From the human T2T-CHM13v2.0 reference genome, Homo sapiens, in the NCBI RefSeq assembly GCF_009914755.1, contig NC_060938.1: DNA of 64,000 nucleotides; one strand, written 5' to 3'. The first letter of the stretch is position 1. The number at the start of each line of letters is the position of its first letter. Shown here one piece after another: positions 25,893 through 40,859 of this stretch. The notes below the pieces were generated by a model. It worked only from the letters and a program-made list of their open reading frames with translations, ran no database searches and had not been told where the DNA came from. The translations under genes and the position numbers were made by a program.

Positions 25893-28159
25893 CTGCTTAA
25901 CGGGGTCCCAAAGCTGCCCACACTAGCAGGTGATCCAATTCTCTCTTCCATTTAGGGACCTCCTTTATGGAATGCCGAGGAAATTCCCAGAGGAGCTGAT
26001 TCAGCTCTCAGTGCCAATCCTGGCTCCTCTCCTCAAGCTCCTGAGGCAGAACAATCGAGGAATTCCTGGGATGCCCGCCAGTGTGCTGCACATAAGCGTG
26101 TGCTGCAGGGAAACCCAGGCCCTCCCAGACTCAAGGTGGCTCCTGCTAAAGTCACTGCACCTGCCGCCACCTCCAAGACCCAGATTATTTCATCAGTTTC
26201 CAAACTACCCAGATGGCCATTGCCACTGTCCGCACACAGATGCCATGCTCTCATGGAAAACTTTCTTGATGGCCACATTCAGTCCACCCTCTGATCTGCT
26301 CCCTCCCAGGTCCTGGCAGTTCCCTTCATTGCTCTTAACGCTATTTGAAATATACATATTGGATGTGTAACTACGTGATATAAGCTCCATGAAGACAAAA
26401 AGAGAATGAATATCTGCTTTGCTCAAAACTGCATCAGCAGCAGTTAGCACTGTGCCCAGCACACCGTCAAATTGTCAGAATTCCTGGAGGGTATCCTGTG
26501 TTGCACCCCTGTAGTGTTCAGCGAGAGCAGCTCTTCCCACAGACCTACTGTGCCTGAGCATGCTCTCCAGGCCCCGGTGACTAGTGACTGCCCTGCTCAC
26601 TTCTCAGTACACTATGTCACAGTGGGATCTAGGACAGAGACTTTAGTGGCAAGGCACTCAGCAGGCCTGGGTTTGAATCTTGCCTTGGACTTCAGTAAAG
26701 CCGCCCACACTGGACAAGTCACTTAATTCCTCTCAATCAGCAAGCCTTGCCCTGCACCTGTCTCATTCTGGAAAAAGGTTAATAGTACCTCCACATGAGG
26801 GCTTTGGAGAGTCGATTGTAAATAAAGCATTTAGCACAATTAATTAGCATCTACAATCAATATTAACTCTAATCATTGGCTATTCATTTATCATCATTTA
26901 CATACTTACATTTGAAAATGCATCTTATCAAAAATTCTTAAAAATGCCCTGGCTGGTTTTTGGCACTGAAGCGCTCATTCATTTAAAAACGTAAGTGGCC
27001 ATGAACAAATCAAATCACTTCACCTCTCTAACACTAAGTTTCCTCACCTACAAAATGAGAGGATTTGACTAGATGAGGGATTCTCCATGACTACAATGGC
27101 AAATTGTCCACCCAAAATGCATAATGCCTCTGTTCAAATATATATCCTCTTATACCTCATAGGGATCTCATTACTATTATCTTATACCTTCTATTAATCC
27201 CATTGATCTAATCCTTGGGGAAGATTGATAGTCCTAAGTCTAAAAGACTAAGAAAATGAGCAAGTTGTTTTCCAAGTGACATCTTCCAGGGGAGTGAGAA
27301 ATGATTCATTTCATCAATGATTGTAGATCCTGCAGCCAAAATTGGGATCTCAATCTACTAAACAATTCAGTAAGGCACCTTCAAGTATAACCTTTCAAAT
27401 TACAAAATGAGCTTTTTGGAGAGTGAACTACATGGGTAAAAGTAGAAAATGATTGGTCAGTTAGGAGACTTCTCACTTCTGAGTTGTGCAACAATGTCTC
27501 CGCATGAAGCCCAAAAGAGAAAATCAGTACCTTTTCATGGTAATTTGGGAATTGTATTCATTTTGACTTCCTGGTGTCAGTTCTTTGGGATGCCCATATT
27601 TGTGTACAATATAAAATTACCCATTTATGGTAACTGTACCTAATGTCATCTTAGGCATTTCATGTTTCAAAAATAAATGGGTAAATGAATGAAAGAACAA
27701 ATAAATAAATTGTAGCGGTTATTGATAATATCCACTCACACTTGTAGAGCTTACAAGAAGTCACACATGCATTACCTCACGGGCACTTTGCAACAGTGTG
27801 AGTTTAGAAAGTGCAGGTGAGAGGATGAGAAACCTGCCCAGGTTAAGTGGCTGCTCAGGTTAATTCCAGTGCCACCTGTGTGACAAGCAGAAGAGGCCAG
27901 CATTGTCCATAAGCTCTGACCTCTATATCTGTGCCCCATTTATTCCTTACCTTTTGTGGGGTCCAACGCAATTTATTTTACTTATTTAAAGTTCTGATCA
28001 AATTATTGCACAGACTCTTTTTAAAAGTTAAATTGTGTTTTAAACTTAGTAACAACAAAGCAGTCCATTTTACCGCGTTTTGCTACCCATAATCAGCTCC
28101 TAAGAACATCCACTTACCATTTTGTATCTGTCCCTGCTGGTATTTATACCTCTGTATTT

Positions 28160-28475
<316 letters not shown>

Positions 28476-28637
28476 GTACCTCTGTATTTTAAAGTAACAT
28501 ACCTTATATCACTGCCATTTCTTTAAATGCTTTTCACTTTTTTGACATTTTCTCCCTTACGTGGTCCTTCCTGTACACAGCTCTGTTCTCTACATTTTCA
28601 AAGTAGTATTATAGCATAATTTGGGGTTATTTCAATA

Positions 28638-29082
28638 CAGCTGACCATTGACCAACCCAGGTTTGAACTGCCTGGGTTCACTTACACATTGACTTTCTTC
28701 CTCCTCTGCTACTCCTGAGACAGCAAGACCAACCCCTCCTCCTTCTCCTCCTCCTCCTTCTCAGCCCACTCAACATGAATGTGAATGAGGATGAAGACCC
28801 TTATGATGATCCACTTCCACTTTGTAAAAAGTATATTCCAATAGCAAATATATTTTCTCCTTATGATTTCCTTAACATTTTCTTCTCTCTAGGTTACTTT
28901 GTTGTAAGAACAAAGTACATAATACATATACAAAAAATATGTGTTCATCTGTTATTGGTAAGACTTCTAGCCAACAGTAGGCTAGTAGTAGTTAAGTTTT
29001 GAGGGACTTAAAAGTTATACATACATTATTAAGTGTGTAGGGGGTCAGCACGACAACTTCCATGTTGTTCAAAGGTCAACTA
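28638..29082. mobile_element. Tigger2a (MER28)-type Tc-mariner non-autonomous DNA transposon
   Basis: Terminal inverted repeats cagctgaccattgaccaac / gttgttcaaaggtcaacta, TA on both flanks, about 445 bp. Confidence 0.85.
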
Positions 29083-29099
29083 TATTTGGTGTTCTCCTA

Positions 29100-31750
29100 A
29101 AGACTGTAAAAATAATGTTCACAGCTGAGTCACTTAGAATCCTATGATTACATTTTCTTTACAGCCTTTTGTTGAGTGTGATAATTGCCTCATAATTTGA
29201 TTCCATTTTTCTTGGTTTTTAAGTGCCAACCACTTTTTCACAAAACTATGAAACTCTTCTCTCTATGGTCAAATACCAAATGAAATAGATCAGTACTATT
29301 TTTATTTTTTGCAAGCGATCATTCTAGAGCCCTTCATTCTTCTCCTGCAACAGACTGATTGTTCTCAAGAGCTACTTCATAGCTCTCCACCTGGGACCTC
29401 TAACACCTTCATTCTGGGAAATCTCTTTACTTATACTTTATGTTAGATCTCACATGCTGAATTCTGCATATTCATCATTCTTTGTTTTTTTTATCATTTA
29501 AAAAAGTTTTTTAATCATCCTCAAAAATCTTCTGAAAGGTGCCTATATTTATACTACATGTATTTATTTGATGGTATAGCTGATTATAGAATTGTAGGTT
29601 ACTAATTATTTTTGGTCAAAATTTTCAAATTACTTTTTTATTCTCTTTTAGTCCAAATACTTCCATTATGAATCCCAATAACATTTTGATTCCCGAAATG
29701 TTGGAGGTATCTGAGTTTTTCTCATCAGAAGCCCTCTAGAAAAACCTTTTTAAATGTTTGGGAGTTTTGAAAATCATGTGCCTCTGTTGGGTCTCTTCTC
29801 ACTCATTGTGCTCCATCTTAGTGAGCCTTTCCATCTAAAAGCTTATGTCCTTCCTTTCCAGGAAATATTACTGTCTAACTAGCTGATTATTTTCTCCCCT
29901 TTATTGCCTTGGTTCTCTCTTCTTAGAGATTGTATTATTTGGATGTTTGATCTTCTAGATTGATTTTCTCTACTCCTTATTCTTTCTGATCACATGTATT
30001 TTTGTCTGTTCTGCTTTCTAATAGAAATATTATTAATGACAGCTTTATTGAGATATAATTCATATGCCACAAAATTCATCCTTATTCAGTGACTTTTTGT
30101 ATATTCCGAGATATGCTACCATCACCACTACATTCTAATTTAAGAATACTTTTATCATTTCCTAAAGAAACCCCATCAATACCTACTAGTATTTGCTCTC
30201 CAAGCCCTTGGCAAGAGGCAATCTCCTTTTTTTTCCCATAGCTTTGCCTATTTTGGACTTCTCATATAAACAGAATCATACCATGTGTGTCCTTTTCGGC
30301 AGTGTATTTTATGTAGCATATGTCTTTGTGGCTCAAGTTACTTCCTTTCTTTCTACAGCCAAACAATATTCCATTTTACAGATATGCCACATTGTGTTTA
30401 TTGATTCATCAGATGATGGACATGTGGGTTGTTTTCACTTTTTGACTATTGTGAGTAATGCTGCTATGAACATTCATGCACAAGTTTTTCTGTGGACATT
30501 CTTTTTTTCAATTCTCTTGGGTATACATCTGAGAGTATAACTGGGGGCTGAATTAATCTGTTTTCATGATGCTAGTAAAGACATACCAGAGACTGGGTAA
30601 TTTATAAAGAAAAGAGGTTTAATTGACTCACGTTTCAGCATGGCTGGGGAGGCCTCTTACAATCATAGTGGAAGGCACCTCTTCACGAGGCGGCAGGAGA
30701 GATAATGAGAGCCAAGCAAAGAGGAAAACCCCTTACACAACCATCAGATCTCTTGAGAACTCACTTACTATCATGAGAACAGTATGGGGGAAACTGTCCC
30801 CATGATTCGATTATCTCCACCTGACCCCACTATTGACGCATGGGGATTATTCAATTGAAGGTGAGATTTGGGTAGGGATACAGAGCCAAACAATATCAGA
30901 GGCCATATAGTAACTCTATGTTAAACATTTTCAAACCATTTTCCAAAGTAGGCAAACTATGTCATAGCTCCAACATGCTCCACATTCTCAACAACACTTC
31001 TTATTGTCTTTTTAAAAAGTTCAGTCATAAAGTCAAGGCAAAGCGGCCTCTTATTGTGGCTTTTATTTGCATTCTTAAGCGACTCATGGTGTAAGAATAT
31101 TTTCATGTTTTCACTGTCAATGTGTATATCTTCTTTGAAGAAACTTTTTTCTTCTGGGAGAATTTTTAACTGTTTTTCAATCCTTCTATTGAATTATTAA
31201 TTATTTGCTTTATATTTTTAATTTGTAAGGACTCTCTATTTCTCAATAGTTTTAGACAAACAATAGTTTCTCTTAGGAAATTCATTATAACTTTATTTGT
31301 AGTTTTATTAAGGTGTTTTTCTACTCACTCTATTTGCTCTATTTCCTCTATGCTTTTTCCTTTATGCTTTGTTCTCTGTCTTTAACATTAGCCAGTTTCT
31401 TAAAATGTTTGGAGACCCTGATTGTTCATTCATATTTAAGAACAGGGCACTGAAATATTGACTGAAACCTTGTGTGTGTAAGCAGGGCTTGCAAACTGGG
31501 CTTTCACTATGCACAGTTGGGAGATGCTCAAATATCCTTAACTGCAGCTCTATTCTCTCAGGCTGGTCAGTTTTCTAAAGATTAATTTCTCCAATTTCCT
31601 GCCTAGGTATACAAGTCAGGCTTTCAGTTGTCTGGGAGTTGACAGGAAAAATCTTGCCTGGGGTCTCGTAGTTCTGTAGTGGTTTTCACTTACCTATCCT
31701 GTCCCTTTTTATTCAGCTTGACACCTGACCCCTGTGGCTGGAATCCTACA
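29100..31750 (-). mobile_element. Composite of old antisense L1 fragments, including an L1MB-like 3' end at about 30038-31140
   Basis: T-rich L1 antisense motifs (acagctttattgagatataattcatatgcc; gctgctatgaacattcatgcacaagttttt). Confidence 0.7.
30549..30898 (-). mobile_element. THE1/MST MaLR solo LTR nested in L1
   Basis: gactgggtaatttataaagaaaagaggtttaattgactca...cagagccaaacaatatca, with TSD ggggc/gaggc. Confidence 0.9.
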
Positions 31751-34080
31751 ATCCTGTACTGCTGTCGCTCCATCTTCTCTGAGGGTGGGTGGAGAGAATG
31801 GTCGAGAGAATGGTCTGGCTGTATAGAGTAAGGAAGGAGAATGAGGGGGCTGCTGCTATTTTCTCAGTTACAATTTCATTCCAATTTTCAAGCCCACCCC
31901 ACATTCTGGCCTCCAGAGGTAACTGGACAATCACATTTCTCTTCATTTCTTCTTCTTGTTGCAAGAATCTGCCTGTTTCTGAGTGTCATCCCTGTGCAGA
32001 AAGTGAGGCTCTCCTCTCTGCTTTGGAGGAGCAGCAGCCACGTGTTCATCCTCCATGTTTGAACACATCGCATTTGCTGACACTGAATTTCTAATTCTCT
32101 CCATCTTTTGACTGTATACTTTTGATATTATTTTTACTCTTCTTTTCTTGGTTTTCAGGAAAGCAGCAGAAATGCATATTTTCAACCCACCATATTTAAG
32201 CAGAATTTGCTAACAACATCTCTACACTCATCAGCTCCATTCCTTTGATCATGGAAGGAATGAATAAACAGAGTTTTTGCAGTGAGTCCCAAACAGTAAA
32301 CCACACAGCAGATCACAAAGAACTTTACTATTTTTTAAAACAGTAAGAGCTCATGCTATTACTCCAGTGTTTCAAAGATGTGTTCTGTGTAGTCAATTAA
32401 GAAATGCATCTTATCTCTCAAGTTATCTTGGTAACTTTAGTTTGTTATGATGACTTATCTCAGTTCACCACATACAGATGACTACTAAAAACTGGTAAAT
32501 ATATATGTGTGTATCCACCTATATATTCATCTATCCATCTATATCCTGATAGGTATGTTTATATTATATACATATGATATGTGTATATATAGACAGATAC
32601 GTATATATATGTATATATGTATGTATGTGTATATAACTGAATTCATATATGTATATTTTTATTTGTATTTATGTATTTTTTCTTCTTAAGAAAAGAAAAT
32701 ATCAAGAACAGACCAGACAATTTTGTGAAAGCCATGTCTATTCTCTGCTTCCCTAAGATTTATATGCAACATGAAATTACTCAACTAAGGTCTGAATTTC
32801 CACCTTAGGTGTGCTAGGACATTTCATACGTCACCACTCATATCCAAGGTATTTTAGAATTATGAACAGTGAACAGTGAGCAAGTTCACAGGCCCTTTTT
32901 ATTTTAGCACTTCATTTAGTATCTGGATTCTTTGACAACTGTTTAGTCTTGGCCACTGAGGAGACTTGATGACAAAGTCAAATTGCTAATATATAAGATA
33001 CTCTAAGGATCTCAATATCTTTTTGTCTTTCTCTCTCTCTCCATATATATATAAACATACATATACACAAAAAATAATGCAACTTTAGGTAGATGTAGAC
33101 TTAGAGATAAAATGAAAGAAATACATAGGTATAGCATACAAGTTTTAAATGCATTCAAGATAGGAAATCTCTCTTTTTATTCTCTATTGTGGAAAAAAGC
33201 CTATCTGCCCCAATTTTGTCACCCGATTCTTTCTGTATACTAAAGATCTGTAAGTGCACTGATTTCATTAGAAGGTGGTATTTCCATGATGCTTTAATTA
33301 AAAAAAAAAAGCCTGGTATAATAACCACCCAGAGTTCTATTTAAGTTGTGGGTATGATGTTTCCTGGTGTGAACAGCAGTAACCGTCATGTGTTTCCATG
33401 AGGAAATTTACTTCGACAACTTTCGTTAGATAACAGGTATATAACACACATGTCTCCCAACTTTGGAATCAGATTTCAAACGCAGTCTTTGCTAAAGTGA
33501 AGAAAGTCGTTCAACCCCTATAACTGCATCGAGTGACAAGTGCTGGAAACTAGGTAGGATGGGGATGTGAATACAGAGCTGGGCAGGGGTGGGGGCACTG
33601 ACCACACCTCGCTTCTGTCCCATCTCTCCTCTCTAGCCATTCCCTCTTGCATTTACTGCAGGACTCAGGGGCCAACCTGCTAGGCAATAAGAAGGGCCAA
33701 CTCAGTCTCTAGACACAGTTTAATCGTTTTCAGCCTCAGAAGGGACCATGGAAGACGCATCTCTTTCCTCTTTACTCCTGAAAACAGTTAGGAGGGCTCT
33801 TCTATGGGGGATTTTCTCCGAGGGTCATCTATATATGCAAAGTGAATTCATTGAGGCCTTAAAAATCATAAGCAGTCTGGGACTGCTTCTATAATTTAAA
33901 ATAAAGTGATGACATGAATATTTACCGGAAGATTTTGTTTAAATAAATTATGGTATATATATTCAATGGACTAATATGTAGTCACTGAGCGGGCAGATAT
34001 AGCTCTACAATGACAATGAAGATTTCAGTGACCCATTGTTGAGGGATAGATTTGGTTATAAAACAGCATTTAAAAAATAT

Positions 34081-34716
<636 letters not shown>

Positions 34717-34941
34717 AGTATGGTTTCATTTATATAAACACACAGATAAAAAAATATATTCCTGAAAATACATTCAAAATGTTAAAAGTCATACCTTTGG
34801 TTTGTGAATTGTCAGGTGAATTTTCTTTCTATTTTTCCATATATTTGATTTTTGACATAAACATGTATTCGCTTTATAATCAGAAAACAACAAAAAAGCT
34901 ATAGTTTTGGATGGGAACACAAAAGACAGCATTAATTTGAA
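34717..34941 (+). repeat. Direct duplication, copy 2
   Basis: Matches 34081-34305. Confidence 0.95.
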
Positions 34942-37693
34942 AGACTGCTGACATTCATGTCTCAGAGTTGTTAATTTTATCAGTTAATGCCCAACCAAGA
35001 AGTCCTCACTCCAAAAATCTTCATTTTGCTCATCTACAAAGTAGAACTAACAATAATGCCTATCCTCCAAGAATAGGTACGCAATGGGAAAGTGTTTGTG
35101 AAAATATGAGATGCAAGATAATGAGGTGGTGAGTACAGGCTCTAGAGCCAGGCTTCCTGGAGATGAACCTCAGTGCCATTGCTTACTAGTTGCGTGACCT
35201 TAGGCAAGTTACTTAAATTCTCTGAGCCTCAGCCACCTAATCTACAAATCAGGTAAGTAAATGTATCCTCACAATGACTGTGTTAGAATGATTAATTCAG
35301 CTGACAAGCTAGATTCATGATAAACACTATATGCATGTTTAATAACTAAGTAAAGTCTATGTAGCACACTCAGCTATAGAATTACAACTTTTACCTGCCC
35401 AGGTAAAAATCTTCTTTAAAGAATCATATGCTGGAGTTACGTGCTTCATATAGCCTTTTCTTGTTGTTCTATTTTGTATACATGTATGAGCAATACACCA
35501 AAGGTACCAATGAGGCCAAGGATGTGAAACTCATCATGGAAATAAATGTGACTACTAGGTAACAACGGAAGACAATCGATTTGCTCTTTTTTCTTTTTCT
35601 TTCTCTCTCTCTCTCTTTTTTTATAGACTGTTTTAAGCAGGTCTGCTCAAAATCAGTACTTTAGTTTGAATAATTTTTCTGGAACTTGACAAATGTATAC
35701 ATTGAAAGCATCTGCCATGTTAATTGAAAGGTCTTCATTACTAGCTGTCCATACCTGTTAGAGGCCATCTTTTCAACTAAGATGGCTTCCACCTAAATCA
35801 AGAATCAATTAGCAACATTAATAAAACAACCCTGTCAACTCCCATTAGGCGTAGGCCAGACCTTTTTCTTCTCTATTAACCAAGCAATTGCTAATCACTA
35901 TTTTTATCAATATCTCAGAAACATGATTCGTAATTTACCTCTGCTAAATAAATAGTACCGATTGGTTACTGACTTTGAGCTTAAAAGACTCTCCCAGGGG
36001 GAAGGGAAGTCCATATTCCCTGTCATTTCCTGCTTGTAAGGGGCAAGAGGACCGTGACTGGGACAAAACAAACAAACAAATGTTTTTTCAAAGGATAGAA
36101 TATGCAGGATAGATTATGTGTGAAGAAGTGAAAGAGAAACTGATGAGAAGATATGAGAGGAACATTTGGTAAAATAAACAAAAGCATGTCAAAAAGACGC
36201 CGAGTGAGTTTGCACATTGTCAGTTCAGCCAAGAAGTTCAATTAGTCAGCAAGCATTTTCTTAGAAAGAACATCCTCAGTCCTCCATGGGAAGTGCTGGG
36301 GGTACAGGATATGTTAGAGGGACCCCTGCCATCTGAGATCTCACATGTAGTGCGAAAAACGGGCAGGTAAAGACAATGATGTGAAGTATGGTAAGCTGCT
36401 TTCATAGAAAATGCACCTGTAGAAGTTCGGGAGTGGAGTAGGAATAAGCCTGGGGAGAATTAATAAGAAAAGAATTCATTCCTCCATTCTCCTTCATAGT
36501 TTGGTGTTGAGGGGAGGGCAGGGAATGGGCTGAGTGTTTAGCATTAGATTATGAGGTCTGAATTATAAATAGTATTGCAAATTATTTGGTCCCAACTTCT
36601 GTGCTTTTCATGTATCTCTTTTAACCGTTCCCCAAGACAATTTTCCTGGCTTCTGTTTAAAATCCTCCAGTGGCACAGAACTCTCTACTTCTAGAAACAG
36701 CCCATGCCCACTCTGACAGTTATGATTCTTGGAATATTCTTCTCCCTGAAGATTCAGAAATTGTCTCTTTCTTTAGTTTCTGTAACTCTAATGTCAGCTG
36801 CATGGAGTCAAGTCTGTTTGATCATAAGGAGTGGTGGAACCAGGCCTGGAATTGGAAATCCGGGATGTGAGTCTTAGTTTCCCCACACATAAGTGTTGTG
36901 TCTTTTGGTTGCTTTTCTCTGGGAAATAATAACCAAATCTGTCATTGCCCACAAGGAAGGTAGAATAGTCACATGAGACAAAGTATGTGAAAAATAACTT
37001 GTGAAATTGTTAATTGTTAAGGGTATTGTTATCATCAGTTTCTTTTCAACAGTACAGTTCTGGAAATTCGAAAAACAAAACAAAACAAAACAAAACAAAC
37101 AAACAAACAAAAATGCTGTTTCATTTGTTTCATTTCTGTTCTCAAGATCTTGATTTCTTGAAACTGTTCCCACGTGCAGTGAAACGCCCTTCCTGGAATT
37201 TAGAGTTTTGACTGTAATTTTTGTCTCAAATGAGTGGATCCAAATACAAACGTAGCTCTGGTTTGTCGTGGTTGTGATCTGCAGGGTTTGCCAGTTTCAT
37301 CTAGGTAGTATGACACAGGAAATCACTGAGATGGTCCACTGCCAAAATCCATGGCCCCAGTGACCCCACTTCATCATTTTGTATTAAAACAAACAAACAA
37401 AACTTAAACTGTTAAAGTTCTGTCTCTCAAGGAGAGTATCAAGAACATGGTCACAGGAACCAGTGTGATGAAGAAATCCTGAAAATTACAGCTGGAAGGA
37501 GCCATTAAGATCATCCAGGCTAATGGTCTCATTTTACATAAGAAGAGACATTACAGCTTGCTTAAGACCACTAGCTTTGCGATAAGTGAACACCAGGCTG
37601 CCGCCCATTTGTCTTAGAACAATGCCCCCAAGATAGGGAGTGAATTTTGAGCAGAGATTATGAACATATGAACATAGACAGAAATTTTTATGG

Positions 37694-37820
37694 TGGAGTT
37701 GCCAGACAAAAATATAAGATACTCAGCGGAATTTGAATTTCAGATGAACAATAAATAATCAGTATAAGTATGTCCCATGCAATATTTGGGACATACTTAG
37801 ACTACAAAAAAAAATTATTT
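37694..37820. mobile_element. MER53 palindromic MITE (hAT-like), right arm truncated
   Basis: gttgccagacaaaaata...atttgaatttcagatgaacaa...agtataagtatgtcccatgcaatatttgggacatactta matches the recalled MER53 consensus. Confidence 0.85.
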
Positions 37821-37839
37821 CTTAGTGAATCGAGAGGCA

Positions 37840-40800
37840 GGCGCATTGTTAAATTTGATGGCATTGCTAAATTCCCTCCAAAGGGATCACTCCAATTGGC
37901 CTTTCCGACTAGGTATGCTTGAGAGTGTGTTAGTATAACTTCATACATTTTTCCAATCTGACAGGTAAAAAATGGCACCACAGTATAATTTGCATCACTG
38001 TTTCTGGGATTATGAGTGAGTTGTGATTCTCGCTGTTGCTGCAAAGGGTTTATTCATATCACTTTTTTGACATCTTGCTTTTTTTTTGAGACAGAGTCTT
38101 GTTCTGTTGCCAGGCTAGAGTGCAGTTTAATAACGTGATTATTTTAACTTACATATTTGATTGTGAGAAAGTAGCCCTTTATCTATAATGTGACTTGTAA
38201 ACATTTTTCCAATTTTGTTATCTATCATCTGATTTTCTTTTGATGTTTTTGACCCCTAATAAATATTTTATTTTATTTTCAATGTGATTGAACCTATCAA
38301 TCTTTTTCCGTGTGCTTAGTTTGTGGACTTTGAATCAGACAGATACAGCTTTGTGATACCACGGTTATAAAGAAATCTACCTGTTTTTTATTTTCTTTTT
38401 ATACTTTCATATTTATGCTTTAAAGCTTTAATGTATTTGGATTTTCTTCTGGTAAATGGAGTGAGGTAAGGATTCAACTTTTTTTTTTTTTCTGATCACT
38501 ACTCAGAAGTTCCAACATCATTTATTGAAGAGATCTTGTTTGGCTAATTGAGATTCCAACGTCATATGCTACATTTCTGAATTTATCTGTGCCTATTTTT
38601 GAACTTTCAAATCTTTTCCTTTGATTACTCTATACATTGATGTGCTGATGTCATATGTTTTAATAGTCTTTAAAATATAGTTTTATATCCAATATGGTCA
38701 ATCATTATTCACTCTTTTATTTTTTAAAACATTTTTACATTTATTTTGTGTGAATTTTAGAAGCACCTTTGTCTAGTTCCAAAAGCAAAACAAACAAAAC
38801 AATTTTAGTATTTTTAAATTGCAATCTCATTTAATATATAAATAAAATAAAGGAGATTTGATATCTTTATTATGTTGAGTTTTCCTTTCTAAAATCTTTT
38901 TCTGAACTTTTGTTTTCATTTGTTCAGAACTTACTTATGTCCTTCAACAGCGTTTTAAAGTTTTTTTGTAAAGGTTTTGCATATCTTTTATTAAGTTTAG
39001 TCCCTGGCATTTCATCTTTTTTGGTTCTGTTATTAATGGGAGTGATTTCTTTCATTATCTTTTCCAATTATTCATTGTTTGTACATATTGATTTATGTTT
39101 ATTGGGTTCAAAGCCTACTATCTCACTATTATGTCATTATAGAATTATTATTTGTAGGCTTTTTTTTTAACTTGACTCTCTTGGATTTTCTGGTAATCAA
39201 TTATATACTCTCACTGCTGTAATGAAAGTATTTGCTTCCCTTCCTTTTATTTTTACTCCAGTACAGTGTTGAAAAATAGTGGTCACAGCGGGCATCCTTG
39301 TCATATTTCAGAATATAGTGATGTGACTCTACTGCCTCTCCAATAAGTTTATGCTGGTTTTTGGGTAGAAGAATGAGTGAACTTACTGTAACTCTCTATC
39401 TACATAATCTATAAACCTATATATGTTTACATTTATATCTGTATCCATAGCCAAAAATATGTATGTATATCTTATATATAAAGCTATATGTCTATATCCA
39501 TGTATCTATTTGTAATTATCTATATTTCCAATATTTCTATGTCAATATCATATTGAAGAAGGGTTTATATATTGCAATATTATTGAGGATTTAAAAATTT
39601 CTTTTATAACTTTATGGAGGTCTAATTGGTGTACTGCACATATTTAAAGCGTACAATTTGATACATTTAGATGTATTTATACTATACATTATCCCAATAA
39701 CACAATAAATATACTCATCACCCCCAAGTGTGTACTCAAACACCTTTGGAATTGCTCCTTCCCCACCCTCTTCCCCACGTAATCAAGGCTTTCTATCACT
39801 ATAGGTTACTTTGCCCTTTACAGAATTTTATCTGAAGAGAACCATTCAGTATGTGCTTTTTTGGTGATGGGGGGAGTCCAACTTCATTTACTTAGCATAA
39901 CTTTGAGATTCATCTGGGTTTTTATGTTGTGTACATCAGTAGCTTATTACTTTTTATTGCTGAGTAGTTTTCCATTCTACAACTATATCACAATTTATTT
40001 ATCCATCTATCTCTTTATGGACAGATAGTTTCTAGTTTTAATTATTACAAAGGAAGTAGTTATGAAGAGTTTTGCACAAGTCTTTATGTCAACGTATGTT
40101 TTTATTTCTCCTAAGTAAATATCTATGAGTGCAATTACTGGCCCATATTGTAGGCATAGGATTAATGCTTTGAGAAACTACCAAAATGTTTTCCAAAGTG
40201 GTTACCCTCTTGCATTTCCATCAGCTATGAGTAAAAGTTAGTGTCTCCACATCTTCATCAACAGCTGGTATGTCAGTCTTTCAATTTTAACCTGTCTAGT
40301 GTTGTCTTATTACAACTTTACTTTGCATTTTCGCTAGTGATTTATGATGCAGCAATTTCTTCCTATGTGCTTTTGCCATTCATATATTTTCTTTGGTGAA
40401 GTGTCTGTTCAAATGTTTTGCACATTTTTAATGAAGTTGTGAGTGTTCTTATTAATTTTTGTTGAGAGTTTTAAAATAAGATCTATATGTTAAATTTTTT
40501 CAAATTTATTTCAACATTTATGGAGATGACTACATAATTTGCATCCCTTAGGCCCATTAATATGATGAATTTCCTAATAATGGAGGACCTTTGCATTCCT
40601 GGAATAAATGCTACATATCATGCTGCTGAAATCAGTTTTCCAACCCTTTGTTTAAGATAAGTACATCAAGTTTGATAAGTAACATTGTTAATTTATATTT
40701 TTGTCCAATGTATGTCATGTTTTGCCAACAGTCTTATTCACTTGTCAACTAGTGAGTTATTCATTTCCAAAATAATTGGGACATTGTGCTTCTTTTAATA

Positions 40801-40850
40801 TTATCAGAAACAGTTTAAGTAGTATGAGGCCTTATCTGCCGTTTAAAAAT
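37840..40850 (-). mobile_element. Old antisense L1 (L1ME/L1MB-like) fragments, with a short Alu remnant at about 38079-38126
   Basis: T-rich L1 ORF2 antisense motifs (gggcatccttgtc; ctttgagaaactaccaaaatgttttccaaagtggtt). Confidence 0.7.
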
Positions 40851-40859
40851 TGCCCTGCT

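Noticed and set aside
25930-26370. 146-aa ORF and other ORFs of 100 aa or more in unique sequence
   Set aside because: They have no recognisable domains or exon structure, several use non-ATG starts, and they are consistent with random ORFs.
33360-33540. CpG-retaining segment resembling an exon
   Set aside because: All three + strand frames of the candidate exon contain stops and the splice signals are weak, so nothing can be supported beyond a possible enhancer.
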